A stretch of DNA of 44,989 bases from a virus (Duplodnaviria > Caudoviricetes): IMG/VR virus record IMGVR_UViG_3300017540_000270, positions 1 to 44,989 of that record; one strand, written 5' to 3'. Made by a program: the position numbers and the translations under genes. The notes beneath the pieces are model-generated. The model was not told the DNA's origin. It did no database searches and saw only the letters and a program-made list of their open reading frames with translations. Positions 8,139-17,249 of this stretch are shown in pieces. Numbering within the stretch: position 1 is the first letter of the stretch; the number at the start of each line of letters is the position of its first letter.

Positions 8139-8548
8139 CAGAACCTCTTCGCGGCCGCGACGCCCTCGAGGATGAGGTGCGCGACGGCTTTCACGAGCAA
8201 GCCGGCCATGAGCCAGCCGATGAACCCCGTTCCGAGCGGCCGTGCGTCTGGCTGTACCGTGACGATCCCGAGCGCGATCCAAGTGCCAGCGCAGAGGTGG
8301 CAGCCGACGAGGTAGTTGACCTTCGACCAGATGGCGAACCGCCAGGGGTGCACGGCCGCGGTGTTGGCGTTGAACGCGCGCTGAAGGTTGCGGCTTGCGG
8401 TCTCGTACATGCTGGCCGGCGCGTGCCCGAGGTCGGCGATGAGCTTGCGCTCCCTCGTCCAGGAGCGGAGCGGCTTGAACAGCTCCGACTCGACCACGAA
8501 GGTCGTGCACAGCCAGCAGACTGCGCCGAGGGCAAGGATGGTGGTCAC
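8138..8548 (-). CDS. DUF1360-like membrane protein
   Basis: ESELFKPLR...YLVGCHLCAGTW plus transmembrane helices. Confidence 0.7.
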   Translation of the reverse strand: MTTILALGAVCWLCTTFVVESELFKPLRSWTRERKLIADLGHAPASMYETASRNLQRAFNANTAAVHPWRFAIWSKVNYLVGCHLCAGTWIALGIVTVQPDARPLGTGFIGWLMAGLLVKAVAHLILEGVAAAKRF

Positions 8549-8829
8549 GGGTGGGCGTTCCTTTCAGAGTTGTCGATGGTGATGAGCGCGCTGAGCGCCT
8601 TCTCGGTGATGGCGAACTGCACGATGTCCTGGACGAGCCACGGGTACGTGCCGGGCGCGGACGTGTCGAACTCCCAGCCGACCGGCTTGTAGAAGCCTTG
8701 GCCGTTGGGGATCAGGTAGCCGATCTTCTTGATCGGCCAGCGAGGTAGGCGGCGACATGCCTCGCAGTCGTGGTGCGGCATCTCGATCGCGAGGTGCGCC
8801 TCGTGGTCGTTCGGAGCCGGGAAGATCAT
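8545..8829 (-). CDS. Hypothetical protein
   Basis: Starts MIFPAPND; contains CEAC; overlap-coupled. Confidence 0.6.
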   Translation of the reverse strand: MIFPAPNDHEAHLAIEMPHHDCEACRRLPRWPIKKIGYLIPNGQGFYKPVGWEFDTSAPGTYPWLVQDIVQFAITEKALSALITIDNSERNAHP

Positions 8830-8963
8830 CGCGTCAGCACCTTCTTGCCCGCGCGCTCCTGTCGGAGCCTCCACTGACGCTGCGCCTCGCGAGTGTCCTC
8901 GCACTCCTTGCACAGCCCAGACTTCTTCCGCTGCTCACCGCGGCCGCACGAGGGGCAGATCAC
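8826..8963 (-). CDS. Small zinc-ribbon protein (45 aa)
   Basis: CPSC...CKEC; GTGA overlap. Confidence 0.55.
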   Translation of the reverse strand: MICPSCGRGEQRKKSGLCKECEDTREAQRQWRLRQERAGKKVLTR

Positions 8964-9397
8964 GTGAACGCCTCCACGCTGAGCTCGAAGATCGCCTGCC
9001 AGAGGAAGCCCTGCTCCCCTGAGTCGTAGCGGACCTTCACGAGGACTGCGGAGTGGCCGGCCAGACCAGGCACCTCGCAGCCGTAGCTCTTGAGACGCTG
9101 CCCGATGAGCCTTGCGTCGGCGAGTGCCGCCGTGACGATGCTGTCGGCCGGCAAGTTGTACTCGGCGTTGTCGAAGATAGGGACCGCCCACACGACGGTG
9201 ATGCGGTGTCGGTCCTCGTACTCGCTCGGCGTGACCAGGAGCTCCGGGTCGATCCCCTCGGTGAACACGACGAGCCACTTGCCTTGGTCGCCTCGCAGCG
9301 CTCGCGGCTCGATGTACTTGAGGGTGCCGTGTTCCGGCAGCGCCAGCTGGTTCAGGTCATCGGCGATCGCGTCGCAGATCGCTACCTCATCGCTCAT
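8960..9397 (-). CDS. Possible tail terminator/completion protein
   Basis: 145 aa, acidic; N-terminal helix (ICDAIADDL) and C-terminal strand (WQAIFELSVE) resemble gpU-like proteins. Confidence 0.4.
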   Translation of the reverse strand: MSDEVAICDAIADDLNQLALPEHGTLKYIEPRALRGDQGKWLVVFTEGIDPELLVTPSEYEDRHRITVVWAVPIFDNAEYNLPADSIVTAALADARLIGQRLKSYGCEVPGLAGHSAVLVKVRYDSGEQGFLWQAIFELSVEAFT

Positions 9398-9689
9398 CGT
9401 CGTCACCCCGCATGCGTTCGACTGTACTATGACGTTCGCCCACAAGGGAAGCTCGCTCGCCTGGTGTGAGCCCGCCGAAGATGCCCTCGTCCTCGCCGAG
9501 CCGGCCGGCCTCAGACAGCGCCCGCGTCACGCGCAGGGCATCGGCTCGGCACGGCTCGAGGGCGGGACACCCCTTGCAGATGGCCTTGGCCCGCCGCTCA
9601 CTGAACTTCGTCGAGCTGAACCACAGGACCGGGTTCAGCGAGCGGCAGGCCGCGCGATCGTCAACCCGCGAGCGGTTGCGCGGTCTCAT
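9387..9689 (-). CDS. WhiB-family transcription factor
   Basis: AAC...AKAICKGCPALEPC...GIFGGLTPGER. Confidence 0.9.
   Translation of the reverse strand: MRPRNRSRVDDRAACRSLNPVLWFSSTKFSERRAKAICKGCPALEPCRADALRVTRALSEAGRLGEDEGIFGGLTPGERASLVGERHSTVERMRGDDDER
9415..9434 (-). promoter_or_regulatory. Conserved promoter/operator motif copy
   Basis: Minus strand CGTCAT-AGTACAGT-CGAACG. Confidence 0.65.
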
Positions 9690-9867
9690 CGACCCTGGCC
9701 TCGGCTCCGACCTTCGCGAACGCCGTCATGATCTCCCCCATGTCGACCTTCCGACCCTCCATGAGCTCGTTCGTCACGAAGGTCACCGCCACGAGCGCCC
9801 CCTGAATGGTCTGGTGCGTCACTGGCACGCCCGCGTCACGGAGCCATGCCTTCACCCTTGTCTGCAC
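9661..9867 (-). CDS. Hypothetical protein
   Basis: AGGAG RBS, GTG start. Confidence 0.6.
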   Translation of the reverse strand: MQTRVKAWLRDAGVPVTHQTIQGALVAVTFVTNELMEGRKVDMGEIMTAFAKVGAEARVDETAQPLAG

Positions 9868-9939
9868 TTGTACCCGTCTCCTGTGGTTGATGTCCTGTGA
9901 TCTGCCCGCCCCGGGATTCCGGATGGCTCCCCCCCCTGC

Positions 9940-9959
9940 CGCGCGACTGTACTATGACG
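9940..9959 (-). promoter_or_regulatory. Conserved promoter/operator motif copy
   Basis: Minus strand CGTCAT-AGTACAGT-CGCGCG, intergenic. Confidence 0.65.
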
Positions 9960-10006
9960 CTTCCGGAAGGTCGACATGTGCCGAACGAACTAAGCCACGG
10001 CCCTTG

Positions 10007-10504
10007 CTAGGTGCCCACGGGCACTAGGAAGCCAAGCGGCAGGACGCGTCCACCGACTTCGAGTCTGGCCATCAGGGTGTCCGCGCCTTCAGTCTCGACG
10101 GCGCGGACGACGCCTGACTTGCCGAACGGCACGGTGGATGCCGGTGTCATGAGCTTGCCGCGCCACCGCGTCTTCTCGCACTCGAAATCGACCATGATGT
10201 CGTCGCCTACCTGCATCGCCCCCACGACCTTTGCGTCGGCGCCCACCTGCGGCGCCTTGAACCTCTTCGGCTCGCCAATGCTGACGAGTCGGAAGATTGC
10301 CTGGTGGCCGTCATCGCCCACCTGTCGTTCAAACTTGGCTCCGGCCTCCTCGAGGACCGCCACGACGCGGTTGACGTTCGTCACCGCGACGTCGGCCGCG
10401 TCTGATAGCTCCTGCCGCGAGCGCGGCTCACCCGACAGCAGCAGCTCGGCGACCCTGCGCGACTTCGAGGTTGCCCTGAAGTACTTGTTCAGGTCGATCT
10501 CCAC
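10007..10504 (-). CDS. Winged-HTH regulator (repressor candidate)
   Basis: RVAELLLSGEPRSRQELSDAADVAVTNVNRVVAVLEEAG. Confidence 0.7.
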   Translation of the reverse strand: MEIDLNKYFRATSKSRRVAELLLSGEPRSRQELSDAADVAVTNVNRVVAVLEEAGAKFERQVGDDGHQAIFRLVSIGEPKRFKAPQVGADAKVVGAMQVGDDIMVDFECEKTRWRGKLMTPASTVPFGKSGVVRAVETEGADTLMARLEVGGRVLPLGFLVPVGT

Positions 10505-10548
10505 GTCCTGTGCCTTCCTTGTATGGGGGGATAATAATCAGGGCGTAA

Positions 10549-10597
10549 AGATACACTGTAACAAGACGCCCGTAAACCGTCTTGTTATAGTATCACT
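10549..10597. promoter_or_regulatory. Back-to-back pair of variant motifs
   Basis: ACTGTAACAAGACG-N9-CGTCTTGTTATAGT inverted repeat. Confidence 0.6.
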
Positions 10598-10616
10598 CTG
10601 TGTGCCAGCCGCCACT

Positions 10617-11003
10617 CTACGTGCACAACGCGCACGAGTCAGGTGGCTGGCTGACGCCGAGCGTCAGGTTGCAGGTCGGGCACTTCGGTCGCTTGCCCTC
10701 GTGCAGCGCTCGGATGCGCCGGACTTCCGTTGACTCCAGGTCGGCCTCGTCGAACCACGCTAGCCCTTCAGCCTTGTGGAGCTGCGACAGGTTGACGATC
10801 TCCCACTGACCGCCGCCGACGCTTCGGACGACGCCGAGCGTCCGGGCGAGGTAGCCGAGGGTGACGCTGACCTCTTGCGAGCTGAGCGGCACGCCGTCCG
10901 CCACCAGGCCGTCGAGGTCGGCAAGGGTGATCGTCTCGCCCTCACCAGCGTCGACCAGTGCTCGCACGACTGCCCCCACACGGGAGCCTGGACTGCGCCG
11001 CAT
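10617..11003 (-). CDS. Hypothetical protein, wHTH-like with a C-terminal Cys cluster
   Basis: CPTC...CALC at the C-terminus; GGAGG RBS. Confidence 0.65.
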   Translation of the reverse strand: MRRSPGSRVGAVVRALVDAGEGETITLADLDGLVADGVPLSSQEVSVTLGYLARTLGVVRSVGGGQWEIVNLSQLHKAEGLAWFDEADLESTEVRRIRALHEGKRPKCPTCNLTLGVSQPPDSCALCT

Positions 11004-11068
11004 CAGGCGGCAGCCTCCGTGGTGTCTTGACGCATTGAGCCCTCCCTTGGCCGCGTCCTGTGTTGGTG

Positions 11069-11088
11069 TGTCTCACTATACTGAGACA
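11069..11088 (-). promoter_or_regulatory. Conserved promoter/operator motif copy (perfect arms)
   Basis: Minus strand TGTCTC-AGTATAGT-GAGACA. Confidence 0.65.
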
Positions 11089-11089
11089 G

Positions 11090-13525
11090 TCAGCCGGCGT
11101 CCAGCACCTCGGCCCCGCCAACGAGGCGGACGTGTCGGCCGGCCGCACCGCGCTCCTCGCGAGCTGGCCAGCGCTCGCGGAGCCACGACTCAACCGCCTT
11201 CGCGCCGCCCGGAAGGATGAGCTCAGTCTCGTCGCGAACCCACTTGATCCAGCGCTGAACCCGCACGCACAGGTCGCCACCGTCGCGCCAGACGATCGGG
11301 TAGCCCTCGCGGTCGCGCTGGTCGAAGGCCTCCAGCAGCCCCTCCACGAAGACGGGCACGGCGTCCACGCGTGCGTGCTCAGCTGCGGCGCGGCGGTCGT
11401 CGTACTCTGGCAGCTCGTAGCCGGTCGCCTCGCGCGTGAACTGCGACAGGAGCCCCCAGCCCCAGCGAGCGACGGCCCGGGCCTGGTCCGGTCGCACGAG
11501 CAGCGCGGGCGGCTGCGGGAGCGTGTCCTCGTCCAGCTGGTCGATCAGCCACTCCAGGTACGCGCGGCCGAAGCCCGTGGCGTCGATCGACCGGAGCATG
11601 TCCAGCGCCTCCGGGTCCCGTCCGTCGCGCGGCATCCCGATGATGACCATGCGCTCGGCGTGGCTCGTCTCAGAGAACGCGTCCTCGCCCGTGATGAGGA
11701 TCGGCGCGATGGCCGGCATGTAGGTGAGCGCCTGCCGATTCTCCTGCAAGCCGCCCTTGACTGCCGAGCTGCCGTCCCACGCGTCGCGGATCGCCTGGTC
11801 CAGGCGCTCCTTGGTGTCCTTGCGAGCGCCACGGCGGTACTCGTCGATCCACACCGGGAACGCGTTCGTCGCAGCGATGAGCGCTGCCACGCCGTGCGGC
11901 GTCGTGGAGGTGATGGTGACGGGCGAGCGTGTCCAGAAGCCGAACGTCTCAAGGACCGTCTGCACGAGCGTGGTCTTGCCCCAGCCGGCGCCGCCCACCA
12001 GGGCGAAGATCGGGAACTGCGGGAGCAGGCTGCGCAGTGGAGCAGCCGCCACCCAGCCGAGCAGCGGGGTGATGACGTCCGACCGGTGCAGCGCGGCGAG
12101 GAGCACGGGCACTCGGCGGTCCCACTCCGGGCCAACGCACAGGTTGAGCGCCGTGCCGAAGTCGGCGTTGGTCTCCGGTGGCACGAAGGCTCGCGAGCCG
12201 GGACCGATCGCGCAGTCCGGCAGGATGAACGCCCCGTCGTGGAGTCCGACAACGGACGTGCCGCGCACGTGAGGGACGAACAGGCCCTGCACCTTCAGGA
12301 CCTCGAGCAGGTCGGCCAGGTCGCCGCTTGCGCCCTTCCACGCGAGGCCACGGTCGGAGCACCAGCGCCGCATCGCCTCGGGTGAGGCCAGCTCGCGCGA
12401 GCTGAGCTGCTGCGCTGCGGTGCGGCCGGGCACGCCGACCTCGAACACGATGCCGCTGTCCTCGCGCTCGATCACGCGGCGCACCTGAAAGGTGAAGTCG
12501 CTGATCGGCGATGGGCCCTTCTGGGTGATCCGCACGTAGCGGTTGCCGGCGATCTGCAGCGCAAGGCTGGCCGGCTCCACGTAGCGCCAGGCCGTCTCCA
12601 GCGCCCAGCGGGTCGCGGCCTCGCCAGCGGATGCGGCGTCCTCGTGGTCCGGCAGAGCGGCAACGCGTACGGACTCGGCCGCACCGTCGAGAGCGGTGCA
12701 CCACTGAGCTGCGCCGCGCCGGCCGGCCGGGTCGCTGTCGAACAGGAGGACGACGTGCCGGCCGCGCAGGTGGTCGACCCATTCGTCGCGCGGCTTGGCG
12801 GTCACACCGGACGGCAGGCCCACGACGTCGACCGCCTCGTCACGGAGGAGCCAGGACACGTACCACGTGTCGCTCTCGCCCTCGCAGAGGACCACCGTGT
12901 CGCGCTGCATGTCGCGCCAGGTGCCGTACAGCTCGGTCAGCCGCGAGCCGGTGTAGCTGATCGGCTTGGTGTCGCTGGTGCGCCACTTGAGCGCGACGAC
13001 CTGGCCAGCGACGGTGCGGTGCGGGATGACGATGCGGTTGCGCTGCTCCACGAGCACGCCCCACTCGTCGCGCAGCCACTCCGCGGTCATGGGCAGCTGC
13101 CGGTCGTTCAGCCACCGGACCAGCGGCGCAAGGCTGGTCCCACGCGCGCTGCGGACCACGGCCTCGAGGTCGACCGGCTCGGACGTCCGCTCCGGCACCT
13201 CGGGTGCGGCGGGCAGTCCCTCGCGCACGAACGCGGCCGCCTTGCGGAGTGCCGCGCCGAAGTCGCAGCGGTCCGCTCGCATGATGAAGTCGAAGACGTC
13301 ACCGGGGCGGAAGTCGCAGGCCCAGCATCCGACGAACTCCGCGCCGTCCTCCGTCTTCCAGACTGCGAACGACGCGTGCTGGTCATCGTGGAACGGGCAC
13401 CGGCCAACCAGGCGCTCGCCCTCGGGCCGCAGCGCAACGCCGTACGCTTGGACGACGCCCGCGAGCGGCAGCTGCTCCTTGAGCTTGGCGGGTGTCGAGA
13501 CGTCGAGGAGCTGCTGCCAGCTCAC
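11090..13525 (-). CDS. DNA primase-helicase (CHC2 zinc finger, TOPRIM, P-loop)
   Basis: CPFHDD...CWAC; LCEGESD; FDSDPAG; GGAGWGKTT; WIDEY. Confidence 0.9.
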   Translation of the reverse strand: MSWQQLLDVSTPAKLKEQLPLAGVVQAYGVALRPEGERLVGRCPFHDDQHASFAVWKTEDGAEFVGCWACDFRPGDVFDFIMRADRCDFGAALRKAAAFVREGLPAAPEVPERTSEPVDLEAVVRSARGTSLAPLVRWLNDRQLPMTAEWLRDEWGVLVEQRNRIVIPHRTVAGQVVALKWRTSDTKPISYTGSRLTELYGTWRDMQRDTVVLCEGESDTWYVSWLLRDEAVDVVGLPSGVTAKPRDEWVDHLRGRHVVLLFDSDPAGRRGAAQWCTALDGAAESVRVAALPDHEDAASAGEAATRWALETAWRYVEPASLALQIAGNRYVRITQKGPSPISDFTFQVRRVIEREDSGIVFEVGVPGRTAAQQLSSRELASPEAMRRWCSDRGLAWKGASGDLADLLEVLKVQGLFVPHVRGTSVVGLHDGAFILPDCAIGPGSRAFVPPETNADFGTALNLCVGPEWDRRVPVLLAALHRSDVITPLLGWVAAAPLRSLLPQFPIFALVGGAGWGKTTLVQTVLETFGFWTRSPVTITSTTPHGVAALIAATNAFPVWIDEYRRGARKDTKERLDQAIRDAWDGSSAVKGGLQENRQALTYMPAIAPILITGEDAFSETSHAERMVIIGMPRDGRDPEALDMLRSIDATGFGRAYLEWLIDQLDEDTLPQPPALLVRPDQARAVARWGWGLLSQFTREATGYELPEYDDRRAAAEHARVDAVPVFVEGLLEAFDQRDREGYPIVWRDGGDLCVRVQRWIKWVRDETELILPGGAKAVESWLRERWPAREERGAAGRHVRLVGGAEVLDAG

Positions 13526-14715
13526 TCGGCCGCCGCCTCCTTCCAGGCGTGAGTGACGTCGATGCAGCGCTCGCGCTCACCGACCTCCTCGCCGCGGAGC
13601 TCACCCGGCGCGCCCTCGAGGCTGGCCTTGGCCCACGTGGCGATCCAGCGGCCGGCTGCCACGGGGATCTGCTTGCCGATCCACTTCGCGCCGACGCCGC
13701 GGCGCTCTACGGCCGGCTCCATCGTCCAGTCGTCCGGGTAGCCCATGATCCGAGCCGCCTCGCGGTAGGTGAAGGTTCGCGGGAGGGTCGGGTGGACGTT
13801 CTCCTCGAGGGCGAGTCCGGTCAGCACGCGGGCCGGCTTGTCGTAGTCCCAGCGACGCGGTGCGTAGAGGCTGGTGCCCGAGTCGGTCCGCGCGATGTGG
13901 CCTTCGCGCGTGTACCAGTCCTCGGAGAGCTCCTTCGAGTCGACGATGCGGCGGAGGGCCGTGCCGGACATCTCGCCTGGCTTCCACGCCGCGTTCGCAG
14001 CGAGCCATGCGAGGCGGCGCGCTCGCTGGCTGGGCAGGGTCACGTGGCCATCCATCATCCCGAGCGGGACGTCCTCCAGGTCCTCGATCGCGTCGCGCAG
14101 CGTGAGCACTCGGTCAAGCTTCGGGACCTCCACGCCGAACGGCTCGCGGGTGGCCACCCAGAAGTAGCGCTTGCGCATCGCGCAGCCGCCGAGCGAGAGG
14201 TCGTTCTGGAACACGTGGGTCAGGTGCCACTCCTGCCTGGTCAGGTCCTCCAGCTTCGACCGCAGCGCGAGCATGAGCGGTCGGCCCGCCCGGCCAGCCT
14301 GCGCCACCGACTCGAAGATGACCGCGCGCGGCGAGCACTTGGCAGCGAAGTCGATGAGGTTCCACATGCAGGCGTTCGCCTTGCTGTCGATCCCCCGCCA
14401 GTCGACGCGCCCGCTCGCGTGCTGCTTGCGCAGACCAACCTGGCCGGCCTGCGGTGCGATGCACACCGAGAGGCCGCTGAACCCCGAGCATGGCGGGTTG
14501 CCGAACACGAGGTCGGCGTCGACGGGCGTCCATTCGTCGGGCGGGCACGCCTCGGCGTCCCACTGCTTCCCGAGCAGATGCCGGTTGCTGAGCATTAGTG
14601 GCATGCCGAACCCGCCGACATCTTCGCGCTTGCCGACCAGCGTGAAACCGGACTGCACGACACCGAGCGCGAACGCGCCGCCGAACCCCTGGCAGTCCAC
14701 AGCCCGAAAGCCCAT
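13522..14715 (-). CDS. C5-cytosine methyltransferase-like protein with atypical SAM-binding motifs
   Basis: Motif IV GNPPCSGFS, VI FESV, VIII MRKRYF, IX RTFTYREAARIMGYP; motif I DCQGFGG and motif X GKQIP are divergent. Confidence 0.85.
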   Translation of the reverse strand: MGFRAVDCQGFGGAFALGVVQSGFTLVGKREDVGGFGMPLMLSNRHLLGKQWDAEACPPDEWTPVDADLVFGNPPCSGFSGLSVCIAPQAGQVGLRKQHASGRVDWRGIDSKANACMWNLIDFAAKCSPRAVIFESVAQAGRAGRPLMLALRSKLEDLTRQEWHLTHVFQNDLSLGGCAMRKRYFWVATREPFGVEVPKLDRVLTLRDAIEDLEDVPLGMMDGHVTLPSQRARRLAWLAANAAWKPGEMSGTALRRIVDSKELSEDWYTREGHIARTDSGTSLYAPRRWDYDKPARVLTGLALEENVHPTLPRTFTYREAARIMGYPDDWTMEPAVERRGVGAKWIGKQIPVAAGRWIATWAKASLEGAPGELRGEEVGERERCIDVTHAWKEAAAE

Positions 14716-15062
14716 CAGTACCCCTCTCGCTGCCTGCGCTCGTTCTTGCGCCAAGCGGCCTCGATCGCCTCCTGCAACTGATCGCCCGTCACGCCAGCCA
14801 CGAGGGCGAGGTTCACCACGAACAGGAGCACGTCGGCCAGCTCGTCGGCCACGCGCTCGGTGTTGACCGTTCCGTAGGTGCTGGCCTTCCAGGGCTTCCA
14901 CCCGATCTCGTCCATCACCTCGGTCAGCTCGGTCACGGCGCCTGTGTGGCTCAGGCGCGCATTGGCCATCCGCTCGTCGGGCGTCGCTCTCGTCGGGTCG
15001 AAGCCGAACGACCGCTGGGCGGCGTGCTGCCGCGCCAGCAGGTCGTGCAGCGTCATCCGCAT
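14715..15062 (-). CDS. All-alpha NTP pyrophosphatase (dimeric dUTPase/dCTPase/MazG superfamily)
   Basis: ELTEVMDEIGWKPWK...DELADVLLF...KNERRQREGY. Confidence 0.85.
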   Translation of the reverse strand: MRMTLHDLLARQHAAQRSFGFDPTRATPDERMANARLSHTGAVTELTEVMDEIGWKPWKASTYGTVNTERVADELADVLLFVVNLALVAGVTGDQLQEAIEAAWRKNERRQREGY

Positions 15063-15541
15063 CAGAACGGCGATGACGGCGGCGCGGACGAGGCCGCGGG
15101 CGCCGAGCTGGGCGCCTCGAACGCGGCCGCCGCACCCGAGGACGACGGGCTGATCCGGTCGACCTCGTTGCGCGTGGGGTCGTCCTTGCGGAGGACCACC
15201 TTGAGCCTCGCTGCGCCGCCGACGAGCTTGGCGCAGATCGCCTCGTTCGACGGCTCCGTAGCCAGGAACTCGGCCGTCACGCCGAGGGTGGCCAGGTCGC
15301 GGAAGGCGATGCCGAGCGCGGTGGGCGACTCCGGCGAGATGACGATGTTCGTCCAGAGCTTCCGGCCGGCGTACTCGCCCTGCGTCACCCTGAAGGTGAG
15401 CATGAACATGTCCTTGCCGGTCTTCGTCTGCTTGTACTCGGCGAGCTCGACCTCCGCCTCGTACGTGTTGGCCGGGAGCGGGTCGAAGCCCTGCGGGGCC
15501 TCGGCCTTCCCGATCAGGTCCTTCCAGCTGGTGGAGGCCAT
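15062..15541 (-). CDS. DUF669-like ssDNA-binding protein
   Basis: FDPLPANTY...TKTGKDM...GEYAGRKLW; C-terminal PF. Confidence 0.8.
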   Translation of the reverse strand: MASTSWKDLIGKAEAPQGFDPLPANTYEAEVELAEYKQTKTGKDMFMLTFRVTQGEYAGRKLWTNIVISPESPTALGIAFRDLATLGVTAEFLATEPSNEAICAKLVGGAARLKVVLRKDDPTRNEVDRISPSSSGAAAAFEAPSSAPAASSAPPSSPF

Positions 15542-16299
15542 CAGGCGTTCACCTCATCTTCCTCGTTGAGGACGCGCAGCATCTCTGACACGTCCGGGTT
15601 GACGATCACGGGGCCGTAGTGCTCCTTGAGCACGTGGGTGCGGTCCTTGGCGACGAACCGCTCGTGCGGGCGGATGAGGAGGCGACCCTCGTACTCCCCC
15701 TCGGGCGTGACGTTCGGCGACAGGGCGCCAAGCACGTCCATCCAGCCGGGCAGCTTGTCCCGCAGCTGGCCCTGGACCAGCGGCTGGAACTTGCCCTTGA
15801 TGTCGGCCGACAGGGAGAGGATGAGCACGACCTCGATCGGCGCCGTGGGATGCTCCCGCAGGTCACGGAAGTCCTTGACCAGCGCGGTCATGCGGTCGAG
15901 CAGGATCCCCCACATGCGCTCGTTCATGACCTCGTCGCCCGTGCGAATCCCCTTCTTGCACACGTCCTGAATCTCCGTGAGGGAGTCGAGGACGATGGAC
16001 TTGAAGGGGTGCTCGCCCTGGTTCAGCCACTCGTAGGTGCGGCGCATGGTGTCGAACTCCTTGACGGAGACGAAGCACGTCTCCCACTCCCCCGCCTTCG
16101 GGGGAGACTCAGAGTGCGGGTCCCACACGACGCGCTTGGGGCGGATCGCCTTGCCGTTCTCGACTCGACGCGCGAAGCGCGAGCCGCCCGACTCGGCGTC
16201 GAGGACCAGCCGCGGGGCGGGGGTCGTCTGGCCGAGCCAGGACTTCCCGGCGCCCGACTCGGCGTGAACGAGCAGGGACAGGGTTTCTCGGTGGGTCAT
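15541..16299 (-). CDS. AAA_24/Sak4-like recombination ATPase
   Basis: HAESGAGKS, VLDAE, IVLDSLTE, AKDR. Confidence 0.85.
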   Translation of the reverse strand: MTHRETLSLLVHAESGAGKSWLGQTTPAPRLVLDAESGGSRFARRVENGKAIRPKRVVWDPHSESPPKAGEWETCFVSVKEFDTMRRTYEWLNQGEHPFKSIVLDSLTEIQDVCKKGIRTGDEVMNERMWGILLDRMTALVKDFRDLREHPTAPIEVVLILSLSADIKGKFQPLVQGQLRDKLPGWMDVLGALSPNVTPEGEYEGRLLIRPHERFVAKDRTHVLKEHYGPVIVNPDVSEMLRVLNEEDEVNA

Positions 16300-16316
16300 G
16301 GGCCTCCTCACGTTGC

Positions 16317-16336
16317 CGTCATACTGTACCATGACG
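16317..16336 (-). promoter_or_regulatory. Conserved promoter/operator motif copy (perfect arms)
   Basis: Minus strand CGTCAT-GGTACAGT-ATGACG. Confidence 0.7.
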
Positions 16337-16337
16337 C

Positions 16338-17249
16338 TTACGAGCGCCGGTAGCGCTCCAGCGGGTCACGCTCCTCGTACGCGAGGCTGATGACCGCCTC
16401 GACATCGGAGCCATCGTCGAACATCTGGCAGATGCCGAAGAAGGGGCAGTCCCAGGTGCAGTCCCGCGTCGGGTTCGGGTACGCCGCCTCGAGGCCGGCC
16501 TTTTCAGCGGCGAGGATGTCCGCGGCGATGCGCCACACGCGAGCCCAGTAGCTCCGCAGCTCCTGTGTGTTCCGCCGCACGTCCTCGCGCATGTAGAACG
16601 GCGGCTTGGCCCGCGCCGTGCGCTTCACCTTCCGGAGCATGTTGAAGATGACACCGCCGGTCCGCTCCGCGTCCGCGTCAGCCCCCTTGGCGAGCAGGTC
16701 CAGGTACTCGACCAGCTCGTAGTGCAGCGACTGCGTGTCGAGCGGCAGGAGCCGCACGCGCGAGAAGTCGTCCACGGTCTTGTGGTCGAGCGCCGACACC
16801 TCGCCCGTCGAGATTCGCCGGACCCGCTGGTCGTATTTGCCGATCAGCCACACCACGGTGCCACCGATCGTGTCCAGGACGGCCTCGCGTGCGGTCTCGA
16901 CCCCCAGGACCTCCAGGTCCTCGTCCTCGCCGGTCTCCTCCAGCCACTGGACGTAGCCCTCGACCATCGCGTGTGCTAGGTCGCGCTCCTTCTCCAGGGC
17001 GTCCGCCTCCTCGGGGAACTCCAGCAGGTCGGCGTCGTACTGCGCGTGCAGCTCGCGCAGCGCGGCCTCGGCGTCGTGGTTCGTCTCGTACAGGACCTCG
17101 AGGGTCCGGTGCACCCGGTTGCCGAGCTGCATCGGACCGGTGGCCCGCTCGCGCTTGAGAGCGAGCCCGCGGACATGCTTCAGGTACCACTTGCGCCGGC
17201 AACGCTGGAAGTCCTTGATCTCGCTGTTCGAGAGCCGTTTCTCGGTCAT
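16338..17249 (-). CDS. PD-(D/E)XK Cas4/RecB-like exonuclease
   Basis: SNSEIKDFQRCRRKW, GKYD, DHKT, QSLHY, CTWDCPFFGIC. Confidence 0.9.
   Translation of the reverse strand: MTEKRLSNSEIKDFQRCRRKWYLKHVRGLALKRERATGPMQLGNRVHRTLEVLYETNHDAEAALRELHAQYDADLLEFPEEADALEKERDLAHAMVEGYVQWLEETGEDEDLEVLGVETAREAVLDTIGGTVVWLIGKYDQRVRRISTGEVSALDHKTVDDFSRVRLLPLDTQSLHYELVEYLDLLAKGADADAERTGGVIFNMLRKVKRTARAKPPFYMREDVRRNTQELRSYWARVWRIAADILAAEKAGLEAAYPNPTRDCTWDCPFFGICQMFDDGSDVEAVISLAYEERDPLERYRRS

Noticed and set aside
14716-15135. N-terminal extension of the MTase ORF (likewise 22053-22643 for the TS ORF)
   Set aside because: Overlaps genuine upstream genes in another frame; the real starts have RBS or stop-start coupling
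16338-17249. Cas4-like gene as evidence for CRISPR
   Set aside because: No repeat-spacer array or other cas genes; it sits in a standard exonuclease/Sak4/SSB module
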